From Methylomonas sp. (lineage in GTDB: Bacteria > Pseudomonadota > Gammaproteobacteria > Methylococcales > Methylomonadaceae), in assembly GCA_028688235.1 (NCBI GenBank), contig JAQTYP010000001.1, positions 1 to 33,299 on the forward strand: a stretch of 33,299 bases of DNA, given 5' to 3'. Under the pieces are notes generated by a model that saw only the letters and a list, made by a program, of their open reading frames with translations, made no database searches and was not told the DNA's origin. Both the position numbers and the translations under genes were made by a program. This document shows positions 18,867 to 27,488 of this stretch, piece after piece; position 1 is the first letter of the stretch, and the number at the start of each line of letters is the position of its first letter.

Positions 18867-19631
18867 TCAGGCCCGTTTACGTTTGACAGAGCCTAAAAAA
18901 CCGGCCAATGCGGTGCCGAACAGCCAGACCGCACCGGGAACGGGTACAGGATTGATAGGAGTGCCGGTCGCATCGACCTGGATCGCTTGGGCGCTCAAAC
19001 TGCCGCCGTTATTGAAATCAAAGGCCTGGAGGGTGATCTGATAATCGAAATGATCCTGGCCTGTAACGCCGGTAAAGGGATTGATACCGGTGTAGGCGGC
19101 AATGTTGTCGCCGGAATTGAAGCCGCGAATGGCATCGTTGGTGTCCAAATCATAATCGCCGAACGCGATGATGTAGTTACCGGCTTGCAGTGCGGTCGAC
19201 AGATAAGAGTCATTCCTGCTTAGCGTGCCGTCGGCCCAGCCGTTGCTATTGCCCGGCGAGGTATAACCAGCGCCATCGTCGGCGGCAACGATTTCGGTGT
19301 CCAGGGATACGGAGTCCTGATACAGGCGGAATTGGGTGTCGGACAACGTGATTTCGCCGTCGCCGTTCAAATCCACGTATGCGCCGGGGTGAGAGCCCCA
19401 CGAGTTCACGTAGCCTTCGTTGGCGCGCACGTCGATGATGACGTTGGCGTCCGCGCTCAAGCTGAACGCCCAATAATCGATCGTGGTGCCTTTACCGTGA
19501 GTAGGATCGATGGTTGCGTTTATCGTGCCGGTAAACACGTCGGCCTGGGCGGTGGCCGCGGCTGCCAGTGACATCGTTAGCGCCAGCATGGTTTTGCGGA
19601 CGGACAAAAATTGGGTTCTGCTGTTAGACAT
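18867..19631 (-). CDS. VPLPA/PEP-CTERM surface protein (DVUA0089/PPC-like domain)
   Basis: Start ATG 19631 after AGGAA. Signal peptide ending AQA. AADD...NDSYLSTALQAGNYIIAFG pattern. C-terminal VPVPGAVWLFGTALAGFLGSVKRKR. Confidence 0.85.
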   Translation of the reverse strand: MSNSRTQFLSVRKTMLALTMSLAAAATAQADVFTGTINATIDPTHGKGTTIDYWAFSLSADANVIIDVRANEGYVNSWGSHPGAYVDLNGDGEITLSDTQFRLYQDSVSLDTEIVAADDGAGYTSPGNSNGWADGTLSRNDSYLSTALQAGNYIIAFGDYDLDTNDAIRGFNSGDNIAAYTGINPFTGVTGQDHFDYQITLQAFDFNNGGSLSAQAIQVDATGTPINPVPVPGAVWLFGTALAGFLGSVKRKRA

Positions 19632-19767
19632 GGGTATTCCTAAAGTTAAGATGCATAAACGTGTACGCCGAATTCCTGTCCCCCGTTGACGCTCGAACCC
19701 GTCCATTGCGTGGCTCGATAGCAATCACTCAAGTTACGTGATTTCCGGTGATCGGCATATTGATTTA

Positions 19768-19783
19768 ATCAATAAACATGCCA
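19768..19783 (-). promoter_or_regulatory. sigma54-like promoter for the leftward cassette (variant -12)
   Basis: Minus strand TGGCAT-gttta-TTGAT, with GA instead of GC at -12. Confidence 0.55.
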
Positions 19784-19801
19784 ATATTAAAAATATATAT
19801 T

Positions 19802-19814
19802 TATCAATCACTTG
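19802..19814 (+). promoter_or_regulatory. IHF binding site
   Basis: TATCAAtcacTTG, an exact WATCAA-N4-TTR match in a very AT-rich tract. Confidence 0.65.
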
Positions 19815-19866
19815 GTATTTTCCGATTAAATAACTAGGTTAATTCCACTAATTTATTTTTTAAATG

Positions 19867-19882
19867 TGTGATATACCTCACA
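19867..19882. promoter_or_regulatory. Palindromic activator site (CRP-consensus / TGT-N10-ACA enhancer-like)
   Basis: TGTGA-tatacc-TCACA, about 85 bp upstream of the leftward -24 element. Confidence 0.6.
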
Positions 19883-20339
19883 TTATAGAAAATATTACTG
19901 AATAATTAATGAATTAAGTCTTGGCGGCTAACTTGTTATGTTAGTCGCGTTCGAGAGAGCTGTTGATCTAGGGGAGGGGGGGAGGGGAACCCGAACAGGC
20001 GTGGCTTTCGGCGGTATTTTCTAGCAACTGGATTCATCTCCGGAAGCTGGGGCTGGGTTTGAAGGGTGTGTGAAATGCCGCAGTGGTTTACCGGCTTGCA
20101 CGGCGAAATGAAGTGCACGGGATAGGGAAAAATTATTTCGTCCACGAAAACTTTTGAATAGCAATCAACTTCGGGTCGCTACCCAAATGGTGATGGAGAA
20201 GTCTGAGCAACTGACTGATTTAACCCATCTTTAACACTCACGTTAAAAGCCCTTTCTAAAACTATTTGCTGATGCAAAGAATGTAGTCTCGTCTTACGCT
20301 TTCTGAATGGAAATTACATTGCACTCAATAAAAGTTAGT

Positions 20340-20355
20340 TGGCGTATTTTTTGCT
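20340..20355 (+). promoter_or_regulatory. sigma54 promoter for the rightward cassette
   Basis: TGGCGT-atttt-TTGCT with correct spacing. Confidence 0.65.
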
Positions 20356-20552
20356 GATAGTTTTTCATGGAAATATTCGGGGATTATTTGGCCAAGGACA
20401 ATCTGATCGGTCTGTTCTTTATCAATTTATCGATCACATGGGCCGAGCAAAGGAAGCTATGCGGCAGAGTCCGCAATGGCGTTGCAAGCAATTTCGTTGC
20501 CGTATGTTCTTCATCCGGCAACGAACTTTAAAAACTGCATTGAGGCAACAAT

Positions 20553-21362
20553 ATGAAAATTGCAATATATTTCGATATGTTAAAGAAAATTTTAATTACG
20601 GGCCTGCTTTTCTCATCGTACATCGCCTCTTCACAGGCGACTACGGTTGGCTTTTTTAGTGTCACCACCAATAATAACTTTTTTATAAATGTCGGACAGA
20701 TAGTTTCCGATGCCGGCCTTGATTTTGAACAATTAGCCGACTTGAATGCTGACAGTTTGGCTAATATCGATGTTTTGTGGATCGCCAACAGAAACAACCT
20801 AAATCCAATACCCGACATAAACACCAATTACACGGCTATAAGCAACTTTGTTCAGGCTGGTGGCGTGTTATTGTTTCAATCCAGATTAGTCACCGATTCT
20901 TCGAGCTTGCCAGGTGCTTCCGGTATTTCTTTTGTTCGAGATTTAAATAATAACGGCACTGACGTTAATGTTCTCAATAACACTACTACGGTAACTAATG
21001 GTCCTGCGGGGTTTATCGATGACACCACGTTAGATGGCGGCAATAAATCGAGCCACGGTTACGCCTTGCTCGGCAGTTTACCCGACAATAGTTTGAGTAT
21101 TTTCAGTAGACCCGATGCCACGGAGATTGTCGATTTCACATATCAATACGGAAACGGCGACGTTTACATATCGACAATTCCTTCTGATTATTACATAGGC
21201 GGCACCGCAACGCCTGATGCATTCAAAGGCATTTATGCGCCCAACCTAGTCACTTATGCCGCTGAATTATCCGTAGCCAATGTCCCGGTTCCATCTGCCG
21301 TATGGTTTTTAGGTACGGGATTGCTGGGTTTGTTGGGTCTTAACAAAAAGAAAATCGCTTAA
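20553..21362 (+). CDS. VPLPA/PEP-CTERM surface protein
   Basis: GAGG RBS, signal peptide ending SQA, C-terminal VPVPSAVWFLGTGLLGLLGLNKKK. Visibly AT-richer than its neighbours. Confidence 0.85.
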   Translation: MKIAIYFDMLKKILITGLLFSSYIASSQATTVGFFSVTTNNNFFINVGQIVSDAGLDFEQLADLNADSLANIDVLWIANRNNLNPIPDINTNYTAISNFVQAGGVLLFQSRLVTDSSSLPGASGISFVRDLNNNGTDVNVLNNTTTVTNGPAGFIDDTTLDGGNKSSHGYALLGSLPDNSLSIFSRPDATEIVDFTYQYGNGDVYISTIPSDYYIGGTATPDAFKGIYAPNLVTYAAELSVANVPVPSAVWFLGTGLLGLLGLNKKKIA

Positions 21363-21530
21363 ATCTAAGCCGCCTCTATTTTTCATGCCAAAAATGAAAA
21401 TGGGGCCGGCCCTTTAAACTTCACCAATTGCGCTCACGGATCGTATTTACCCGGGCTAACTTACGTCGTTATCTGCTGTCTGGCGTTAAATCACCGATGA
21501 ATATTGGGTTACCAAGGAAGAGAACATCAC

Positions 21531-23774
21531 ATGAACTTAGCTTATCGAATTTTTCTAGCCAGCGGCCTGTTTGGCGTTGTGCTGACCGCGCAGGCGGCGG
21601 CCTTTCCGACCTCGTTGCGCAATGTGCCCATTCCGCCGGTGCCTGGCTTGCTGGACGGCAGCTCACCGATCGTGGTGAACAAAGACGCCGCTATTGCGTT
21701 GGGTAAGGCGCTGTTCTGGGATCAGGCCGTTGGCTCCGACGGTCAGGCCTGCGCCTCCTGCCATTTCCACGCGGGAGCTGATTCACGGGTCAAAAACCAG
21801 ATAAACCCTGGCCAGCTTTCGTCTCAACGCAGCGGCCTTGCCTTCGATGCCCTGCCTTCCGGTTCAGGCGGTCCCAACCATGAATTGTCACTGAACGATT
21901 TTCCGCTACATCGCTTTAGTAATCCACTGGATAATACCAGTGCCATGACCTTCGACACCGACGACGTCGTTAGCTCCGCGGGTACCTTCGGTGGTGAGTT
22001 CGTCGGCAGTTCGAAATTTACCGGAGTCAACGACTTATGCAACCGTAGTGCCGACGAATTGTTTAACGTCGCCCACGTCGGTACTCGTCGCGTGGAACCG
22101 CGTAATACACCGACTGTCATCAATGCGGTATTCAACCATCGCAATTTTTGGGATGGCCGTGCCAACAATGTGTTCAACGGTAGCAGTCCTTGGGGGCCTC
22201 GCGATCAGAATGCAGGGGTATGGGTTAAGCAAAATGCCAAAACCGTTACCAAGCAACGCCTGAATCTGATCAATTCCTCGTTGGCGTCACAAGCGGTCGC
22301 ACCACCCGTGTTCAACAATATCGAAATGGGCTGTAGCGGACGTTACTGGCCGGACATCGGGCGTAAACTGTTGAATAGACAGCCGTTGCAAAACCAACAG
22401 GTACATGCGCAAGACAGCGTGCTAGGTGCGTTAAGCCTTAGCTCGGCCAATGAGCTGAAACCCGGCTTGAAAACCACATACCGCAATCTGATTACCCAGG
22501 CTTTTAACGCTAAATATTGGTCATACAGCGGGATCGGCGGTTTTGGCGCTCCCACGAATGGTGCACCTTACAATCAGATGGAAGCCAACTTTTCGATGTT
22601 TTTCGGGTTAGCTTTACAGTTATACCAAAGCACGCTGGTGTCTGATCAGTCGCCATTCGATCAAAGCCCAGTCAATGCCAATCTGACGCCGACTTGGAGC
22701 AATATTAGCGATCCGGCCTTGCGTGCCTCGCTGAGCAATGGCTACTCCTTGTTTACGGGTCAAAACTGCGGGTCTTGCCATATCGGCCCGACTACTAGCT
22801 TGGCTGCTATAGAAACCAACGCTACTTTGTTAACGCCGACGCCGGGCGCCACTTACGGTCCCGCCGATTCGCCGATTGCCTATGGCCCGAACGCATTTGG
22901 AACCACCAGTTTGGCAGCTACTATCGGTGCCACCCGCTACGGCAGCCCTGTTACCCGCGATCTAAATGCGGCCGGTGTGCCCGGTTTGCAGGATCTGGGT
23001 TTCGTCAATCTCGGAGTTAGCAAACCGGAATCTGATCCGGGTGTGGGTGGCGAGGACGACTTCGGCAATCCGTTGTCCTATTCCGCACAGTATGTGGAAT
23101 ATCTGGTGGGCAACAGTGCGGGCATCTACGATCTGCCGGTCGGCAAGGTGCGTGCTTGCGATTTCCCCATTCCATTGGCAGTGAATCTGTCTGTGATCAC
23201 CAACAGCTATTTTACGCGTAGGGATAGTCTGGAAGTGGACGGCAGTCGGGAGGGTGTGCCACGTAACCAAGGTTGCGCAATATCAACCCGTGCCTACATT
23301 CCGACGGTGGCAGCCGCTGTAGCGGCACGTGACACCGTCAAGATGGCGACTCAAGTCAATGGCGCATTCAAGGTCCCGGGTATTCGCAACGTCGAGTTGA
23401 CTGGCCCGTATATGCACGACGGCAGTTTGGCAACCCTGGAGCAAGTGGTTGAGTTTTATGCCCGCCACGGTAATTTCAGCCCCAGTGGCACGCATAACTT
23501 GCTGGGCATTATTGCTTCCGGCATTTCGCCTGGTCAGAACACTACTGATCTGGTCAACTTCATGAAAGCCTTGACCGATGAGCGCGTCCGCTATGAACGG
23601 GCACCGTTCGATCATCCGCAGTTAAACATTGCGCATGGCCACGTCGGAGACGATGCGCAGGCAGTCGCCGGTCATCCGCTGTCACCGGCTTTGGCTCAGG
23701 ATCAACAATTGCAATTGCCTGCCGTCGGTGCGACGGGTTCCGATACGCCGATAGAGCCCTTCCTGGCGCAATGA
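21531..23774 (+). CDS. Large secreted di-heme cytochrome c peroxidase/MauG-family protein, paralog 2
   Basis: ATG 21531, signal peptide, CASCH and CGSCH, RNTPTVINA...FWDGRA, FKVPGIRNVELTGPYMHDG. Collinear with 15527-17737. Confidence 0.9.
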   Translation: MNLAYRIFLASGLFGVVLTAQAAAFPTSLRNVPIPPVPGLLDGSSPIVVNKDAAIALGKALFWDQAVGSDGQACASCHFHAGADSRVKNQINPGQLSSQRSGLAFDALPSGSGGPNHELSLNDFPLHRFSNPLDNTSAMTFDTDDVVSSAGTFGGEFVGSSKFTGVNDLCNRSADELFNVAHVGTRRVEPRNTPTVINAVFNHRNFWDGRANNVFNGSSPWGPRDQNAGVWVKQNAKTVTKQRLNLINSSLASQAVAPPVFNNIEMGCSGRYWPDIGRKLLNRQPLQNQQVHAQDSVLGALSLSSANELKPGLKTTYRNLITQAFNAKYWSYSGIGGFGAPTNGAPYNQMEANFSMFFGLALQLYQSTLVSDQSPFDQSPVNANLTPTWSNISDPALRASLSNGYSLFTGQNCGSCHIGPTTSLAAIETNATLLTPTPGATYGPADSPIAYGPNAFGTTSLAATIGATRYGSPVTRDLNAAGVPGLQDLGFVNLGVSKPESDPGVGGEDDFGNPLSYSAQYVEYLVGNSAGIYDLPVGKVRACDFPIPLAVNLSVITNSYFTRRDSLEVDGSREGVPRNQGCAISTRAYIPTVAAAVAARDTVKMATQVNGAFKVPGIRNVELTGPYMHDGSLATLEQVVEFYARHGNFSPSGTHNLLGIIASGISPGQNTTDLVNFMKALTDERVRYERAPFDHPQLNIAHGHVGDDAQAVAGHPLSPALAQDQQLQLPAVGATGSDTPIEPFLAQ

Positions 23775-23815
23775 TGAACGCGGCATCAATTTAACTTTAA
23801 ATACAGTACACAATT

Positions 23816-24568
23816 ATGAGAGCAAACGTTTTTCGCTTACACAAATCCGGCCTGAAGTTGGTGCTGAGCTTCGGCCTTGCCGATCAGGCGCTGGCATCTG
23901 CCAGTTACGATAGCAGCATCGATGTGATGTACACGGTTACGCTGACGGATAGCAACAACCCAACGCCAAACGATAACAGTGGCTTATCGCTATTAGGTAC
24001 TTTTTTGCAGCCTGGAGACAGCCGCCGCTTTTTCGCCGCCACCAGTGGCGATGGTGTTTACCACACGTATAGTCCGACAGCCGTGTCCTCCGCGGTAAAC
24101 AACGTGTTCGACGCCAGCTTTTCGGCGAGTGGCGGTGCTGGCATCGGCAGCGTGGATAGCCTGAATACGGCGTTGTTCGGCTTAAATTTCGTCAACGATG
24201 GTCCTTATAGCTACAACCTGACGGTGCAACTCGACTATACGTTGAGCGCCAGAGCGCGAGGTGAATTTGCGAGTAGTGAGGTGTTGTTCGACTATTGGGA
24301 CGAAGCTGAAACCCTTGCCGGATCGGATTATTTGTCGTCCATAACCTATAGTGGCTGGTTGGACGATTCGCAATCCAGTCACGCATTGGTCTCCTGGCAG
24401 TTTATGCTGAATCCGGGTGATCAGCAGCAACTGTATGCGCAAGCCAGCGTGCTGTCGCATGTGGAATCTGCCCAAATATCCTCGGTCCCGATTCCTGCCA
24501 GTCTCTGGTTGTTTGCTAGCGCGTTATTGGGCCTGAAAAGGTTGGGTCGTAGTTCTTCGCACGTGTAG
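23816..24568 (+). CDS. VPLPA/PEP-CTERM surface protein
   Basis: C-terminal VPIPASLWLFASALLGLKRLGR. Ser/Thr/Gly-rich, beta-type body. Confidence 0.8.
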   Translation: MRANVFRLHKSGLKLVLSFGLADQALASASYDSSIDVMYTVTLTDSNNPTPNDNSGLSLLGTFLQPGDSRRFFAATSGDGVYHTYSPTAVSSAVNNVFDASFSASGGAGIGSVDSLNTALFGLNFVNDGPYSYNLTVQLDYTLSARARGEFASSEVLFDYWDEAETLAGSDYLSSITYSGWLDDSQSSHALVSWQFMLNPGDQQQLYAQASVLSHVESAQISSVPIPASLWLFASALLGLKRLGRSSSHV

Positions 24569-24663
24569 CCTGTATCGAAACAAGCGTGCGGTCTCGCCTC
24601 TGCCTCCGTGCGCTTTTGTTTTGTCGTGGGTTTTCAATATCCTGGAGCCACGATTAATTTGGG

Positions 24664-24729
24664 GTTTACCAACTTAAGCCGGGACAGTTCGAGGTTAAGC
24701 CCTCTGTGTCCCGTCTTAAACGGGAAGCT
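24664..24729. mobile_element. Short, degenerate copy 3 of the MITE lacking the internal REP-like module
   Basis: TACCAACTTAAGCCGGGACAGT..GAGGTTAAGCC joined directly to CTCTGTGTCCCGTCTTAAACGGGAAGC. No TSD visible. Confidence 0.8.
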
Positions 24730-24734
24730 AAAAA

Positions 24735-25619
24735 TTATTTTCCGAACAGAAATTGAACACTCAAATTGGCCGACCATTCCGGGCTTAGATCCGGTCTGAC
24801 CGGGTTATAGTAGCCCTCCAGTCGGGTATTCAGCGCATGTTTACCAATTGGAAGCAATTTGCCGACACCGCCGCCCACTGGCACGGTCCAGCCCTTGTCA
24901 GTCTCTTTATTCCAGTTGGCGATCATGTGTATGTCAGACAACAAGTACCAGCCATCGGCCAGGTTGTAATTAACAAAGGGCTGTAAAACCATCTGACTGA
25001 CCCCGTGACGGCTATTGTTACCAAAGACCGACCAAACTTGTTTGACCGCTAGCCCCGCTGTCCAGGGTTTAGTCTGAGTTACAAAGGTCAGCGCAGGACC
25101 GACGCTGAATTTTCCGCTACCTAGTTCACGCGATCGTCGATCCTCTATGTCGTTCATCAAGGTATCGGTTGGAAAAACGAAAGCAGGCCCGAAACTCACC
25201 ATAAAGCGATTGGACACTGGTGCCGTAAACAGCGATGTCAAAGTCGTATCGCCAAGCCCCGCGACTCCGTTACCTTGATAGGGTTCCGGCAATTCCGCGA
25301 TGCCTTTTACAACGCCAGGCGTGCCGATAAAATTCAAGGATAACTGATTGATCAAGTGCCAATCCCCCAGAGTCACGGGGATGATAGGTTGTATGCTGCC
25401 AATTGATACATCGCCGTTCTCGGCACCGCCGTGATGGGTATATTTTAGTGGGAGACTATAAGTTGGGCTCAAGGGATTTTGCGCCTTATACACAAAATCT
25501 TCCGTTTGAGAGTCGGTGGCGCCGACAGTCTTATCGGCATAAATACCGCTCGTCGCCAATGCCAGAGGCAAGCCCAAAGAAAGCAACAAACGATTGAAAT
25601 GAAAACTTATTTTTTTCAC
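24735..25619 (-). CDS. Putative outer-membrane beta-barrel protein
   Basis: GTG start after AGGAG, signal peptide, GLGDT and ELGSGKFSVGP, amphipathic strands ending VQFLFGK. Confidence 0.7.
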   Translation of the reverse strand: MKKISFHFNRLLLSLGLPLALATSGIYADKTVGATDSQTEDFVYKAQNPLSPTYSLPLKYTHHGGAENGDVSIGSIQPIIPVTLGDWHLINQLSLNFIGTPGVVKGIAELPEPYQGNGVAGLGDTTLTSLFTAPVSNRFMVSFGPAFVFPTDTLMNDIEDRRSRELGSGKFSVGPALTFVTQTKPWTAGLAVKQVWSVFGNNSRHGVSQMVLQPFVNYNLADGWYLLSDIHMIANWNKETDKGWTVPVGGGVGKLLPIGKHALNTRLEGYYNPVRPDLSPEWSANLSVQFLFGK

Positions 25620-25808
25620 TTTCTCCTCCTGTCAAAACCAAATCGTCATAAATCGTTAAAAAGAAAATCTCGTTAGCCCTTACCGCTTATATTGTGTTTC
25701 ATGTCGATGGTTCCTCTTTAACGATGTTCCGACATACAAGGCTGTTTTAAATTTGGGTGTTCCTGCAGGCTAAACTCGGGAAGCCATTTGCAGTCAAACT
25801 CGATACGG

Positions 25809-26858
25809 TTAATTTTCTTCCGCAACCTCGGCCGGCTTGCGTTTCAAATCCTTGTTGAGTCGTTGTAAACGTTTGATCATTTCCTTTTTCATTTGCTCGC
25901 GGCCTATCGAATGTTTCAAGCTGCTGCCTATTCCGGCCACTTGATCGGTGGAGGTGCGGGTGGAGTAGAACACCAAGGTGCCGGCTTTGTACGGCAGGCC
26001 GCCGGCGACGACATGGCTGGAGTTATAGGAATGACCCACATAAAATTGCCGCGACACAATCAGCCCGCCGGCCGGACTGGTGGCGATGATGCGGTGGCTC
26101 AAAATGGCGGTGGGGCGGTCCTCCACAGTGCGATTCAGCCAGACAAACTGTTCGCTGGTGTTGGCTGGAAGTGGCGCGGGATAATTCAACCAGGTTTGCT
26201 GCAATTCGGGAAAATAAGCGGCCCAAGCTTTGCTGTTGACGGCATCGGTGCGTAATTCAGCGGCCGGATCGGCCTCGTTATCGTCACGGCTATAGGTCGG
26301 AATGCCGGACAAGCCATTTTTTTGATAAGTTTGCAGGCGCCGCAATAAAAATGCCCGATAGGTTTGATTGGCGGTTTTTAACAAGGTTTTGTTGTCGGCA
26401 TCGTCCATGTTCAAGCTCTTGAGCGTCTCGAATTCTGCCTTGGACAGATTGAATTCGCTACCGGGTTCCGCGTTTAAAAATGCCTTGGCTTCGGCCAGCT
26501 GTTTTTCGGAAAAACCAAGCTTTTTGAAGCTGTTGGCGTCCGCATGCGCCGGCAGCAAACCCGTGGAGATGATGTCGCCTTCGGTGCTGCTTAAATTGCC
26601 GCGCTTGATGTAATCGACGATTTGCGGCAAAGCGACCGGAATGATCATTGCCACGCCGATGGCGAGTTCTTTCTGACTGGTTTCGCCGACGTCGTAGCTG
26701 ACGATGTCGCCCTGTTCGAGGCGCGGGATCATGGCTTCGCTAATGCCGAAGTTTTGCAGGGCCTGCTCGGGTTTTGGGGCCTCCTGAGCGAGCAATGGTT
26801 GGCTGAAGGCCATGCAAGCCAGCAGTATCGGCGGTAATAGGTATTTATTGAGCAGCAT
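25809..26858 (-). CDS. Exported hypothetical protein
   Basis: Signal peptide (..QPLLA-QE), 349 aa, RQFYVGHSYN motif. No family recognised. Confidence 0.75.
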   Translation of the reverse strand: MLLNKYLLPPILLACMAFSQPLLAQEAPKPEQALQNFGISEAMIPRLEQGDIVSYDVGETSQKELAIGVAMIIPVALPQIVDYIKRGNLSSTEGDIISTGLLPAHADANSFKKLGFSEKQLAEAKAFLNAEPGSEFNLSKAEFETLKSLNMDDADNKTLLKTANQTYRAFLLRRLQTYQKNGLSGIPTYSRDDNEADPAAELRTDAVNSKAWAAYFPELQQTWLNYPAPLPANTSEQFVWLNRTVEDRPTAILSHRIIATSPAGGLIVSRQFYVGHSYNSSHVVAGGLPYKAGTLVFYSTRTSTDQVAGIGSSLKHSIGREQMKKEMIKRLQRLNKDLKRKPAEVAEEN

Positions 26859-26955
26859 CGGTTTTTCCTGTCATCGTTTGAAAACGCTATAGTAGTGACT
26901 TTTGTCCGATTTGACAGCCCGGAACACCGAGTTTCCATTCCCGAAGGAGAGCGCC

Positions 26956-27468
26956 ATGCACCCAAGATATCGTCTGTTTGCGATGAGTTTATTCATAGCC
27001 ATCGGTTTGTCCGGCTGCGGCTTGTTTGCCGTCCAGGAGCAGCACGAAAAAATCGCCAGTTACTGCCAAATCTACGGCTCGGTAAAACCGGAAGTCGATA
27101 ATGGCAAGAAAATGATCGTGGTGCTGTTTAAAGTCACGGGGCCTGACGTTCAGAATCCCAAGAGTTGGAGTGTATTCGATCATTTCGTCAATGACGGCCC
27201 TGGGAAGTGGTACTTTTCGACGGCGCCCGGCGATTACCGGGTGGGGGCGTTCAAGGACGTCAATGGTGATTTGATCTACCAGTTGGATGAGCCGGTTTTT
27301 ACGCCGATTCGCGGCGAGATGATTCAATGTCGGGCAGGGGAGATCAAAACCGACAACGACTTGATCATACCCGAGCAAGGCCGTTCCAACGATGCGCCCA
27401 TCGCCGTTCTATACGAGGGTCTATACTATGCCGTTAACCCCGATCTCAAAATATGGAGAGCTTTTTGA
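26956..27468 (+). pseudogene. Lipoprotein, probably a C-terminally truncated gene
   Basis: ATG 26956 after AAGGAG, lipobox LSG-C, PGDYRVGAFKDVNGDLIYQLDEP. Resembles the N-terminal domain of longer alpha/beta-hydrolase lipoproteins (recalled, unverified). Confidence 0.5.
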
Positions 27469-27488
27469 ACGGCAAAATCGACCCTTTT

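Noticed and set aside
19759-19773. FNR box
   Set aside because: TTGAT and ATCAA are separated by 3 nt, not the required 4.
19690-20485. Shared GAG..CGCAATGG motif in both cassette leaders as a riboswitch
   Set aside because: Only about 8 identical nt, and no c-di-GMP or other riboswitch consensus was recognisable.
19936-20659. Short ORFs in the divergent intergenic region; also 1785-2084, 12762-13046 and 24608-24799
   Set aside because: They overlap promoters or repeats, lack RBSs and have no protein-like features.
15527-23774. Methylamine utilisation (mau) or methanobactin (mbn) cluster
   Set aside because: No mauAB, mbnABC, MbnP or TonB receptor genes nearby, and the enzymes are about twice the size of MauG.
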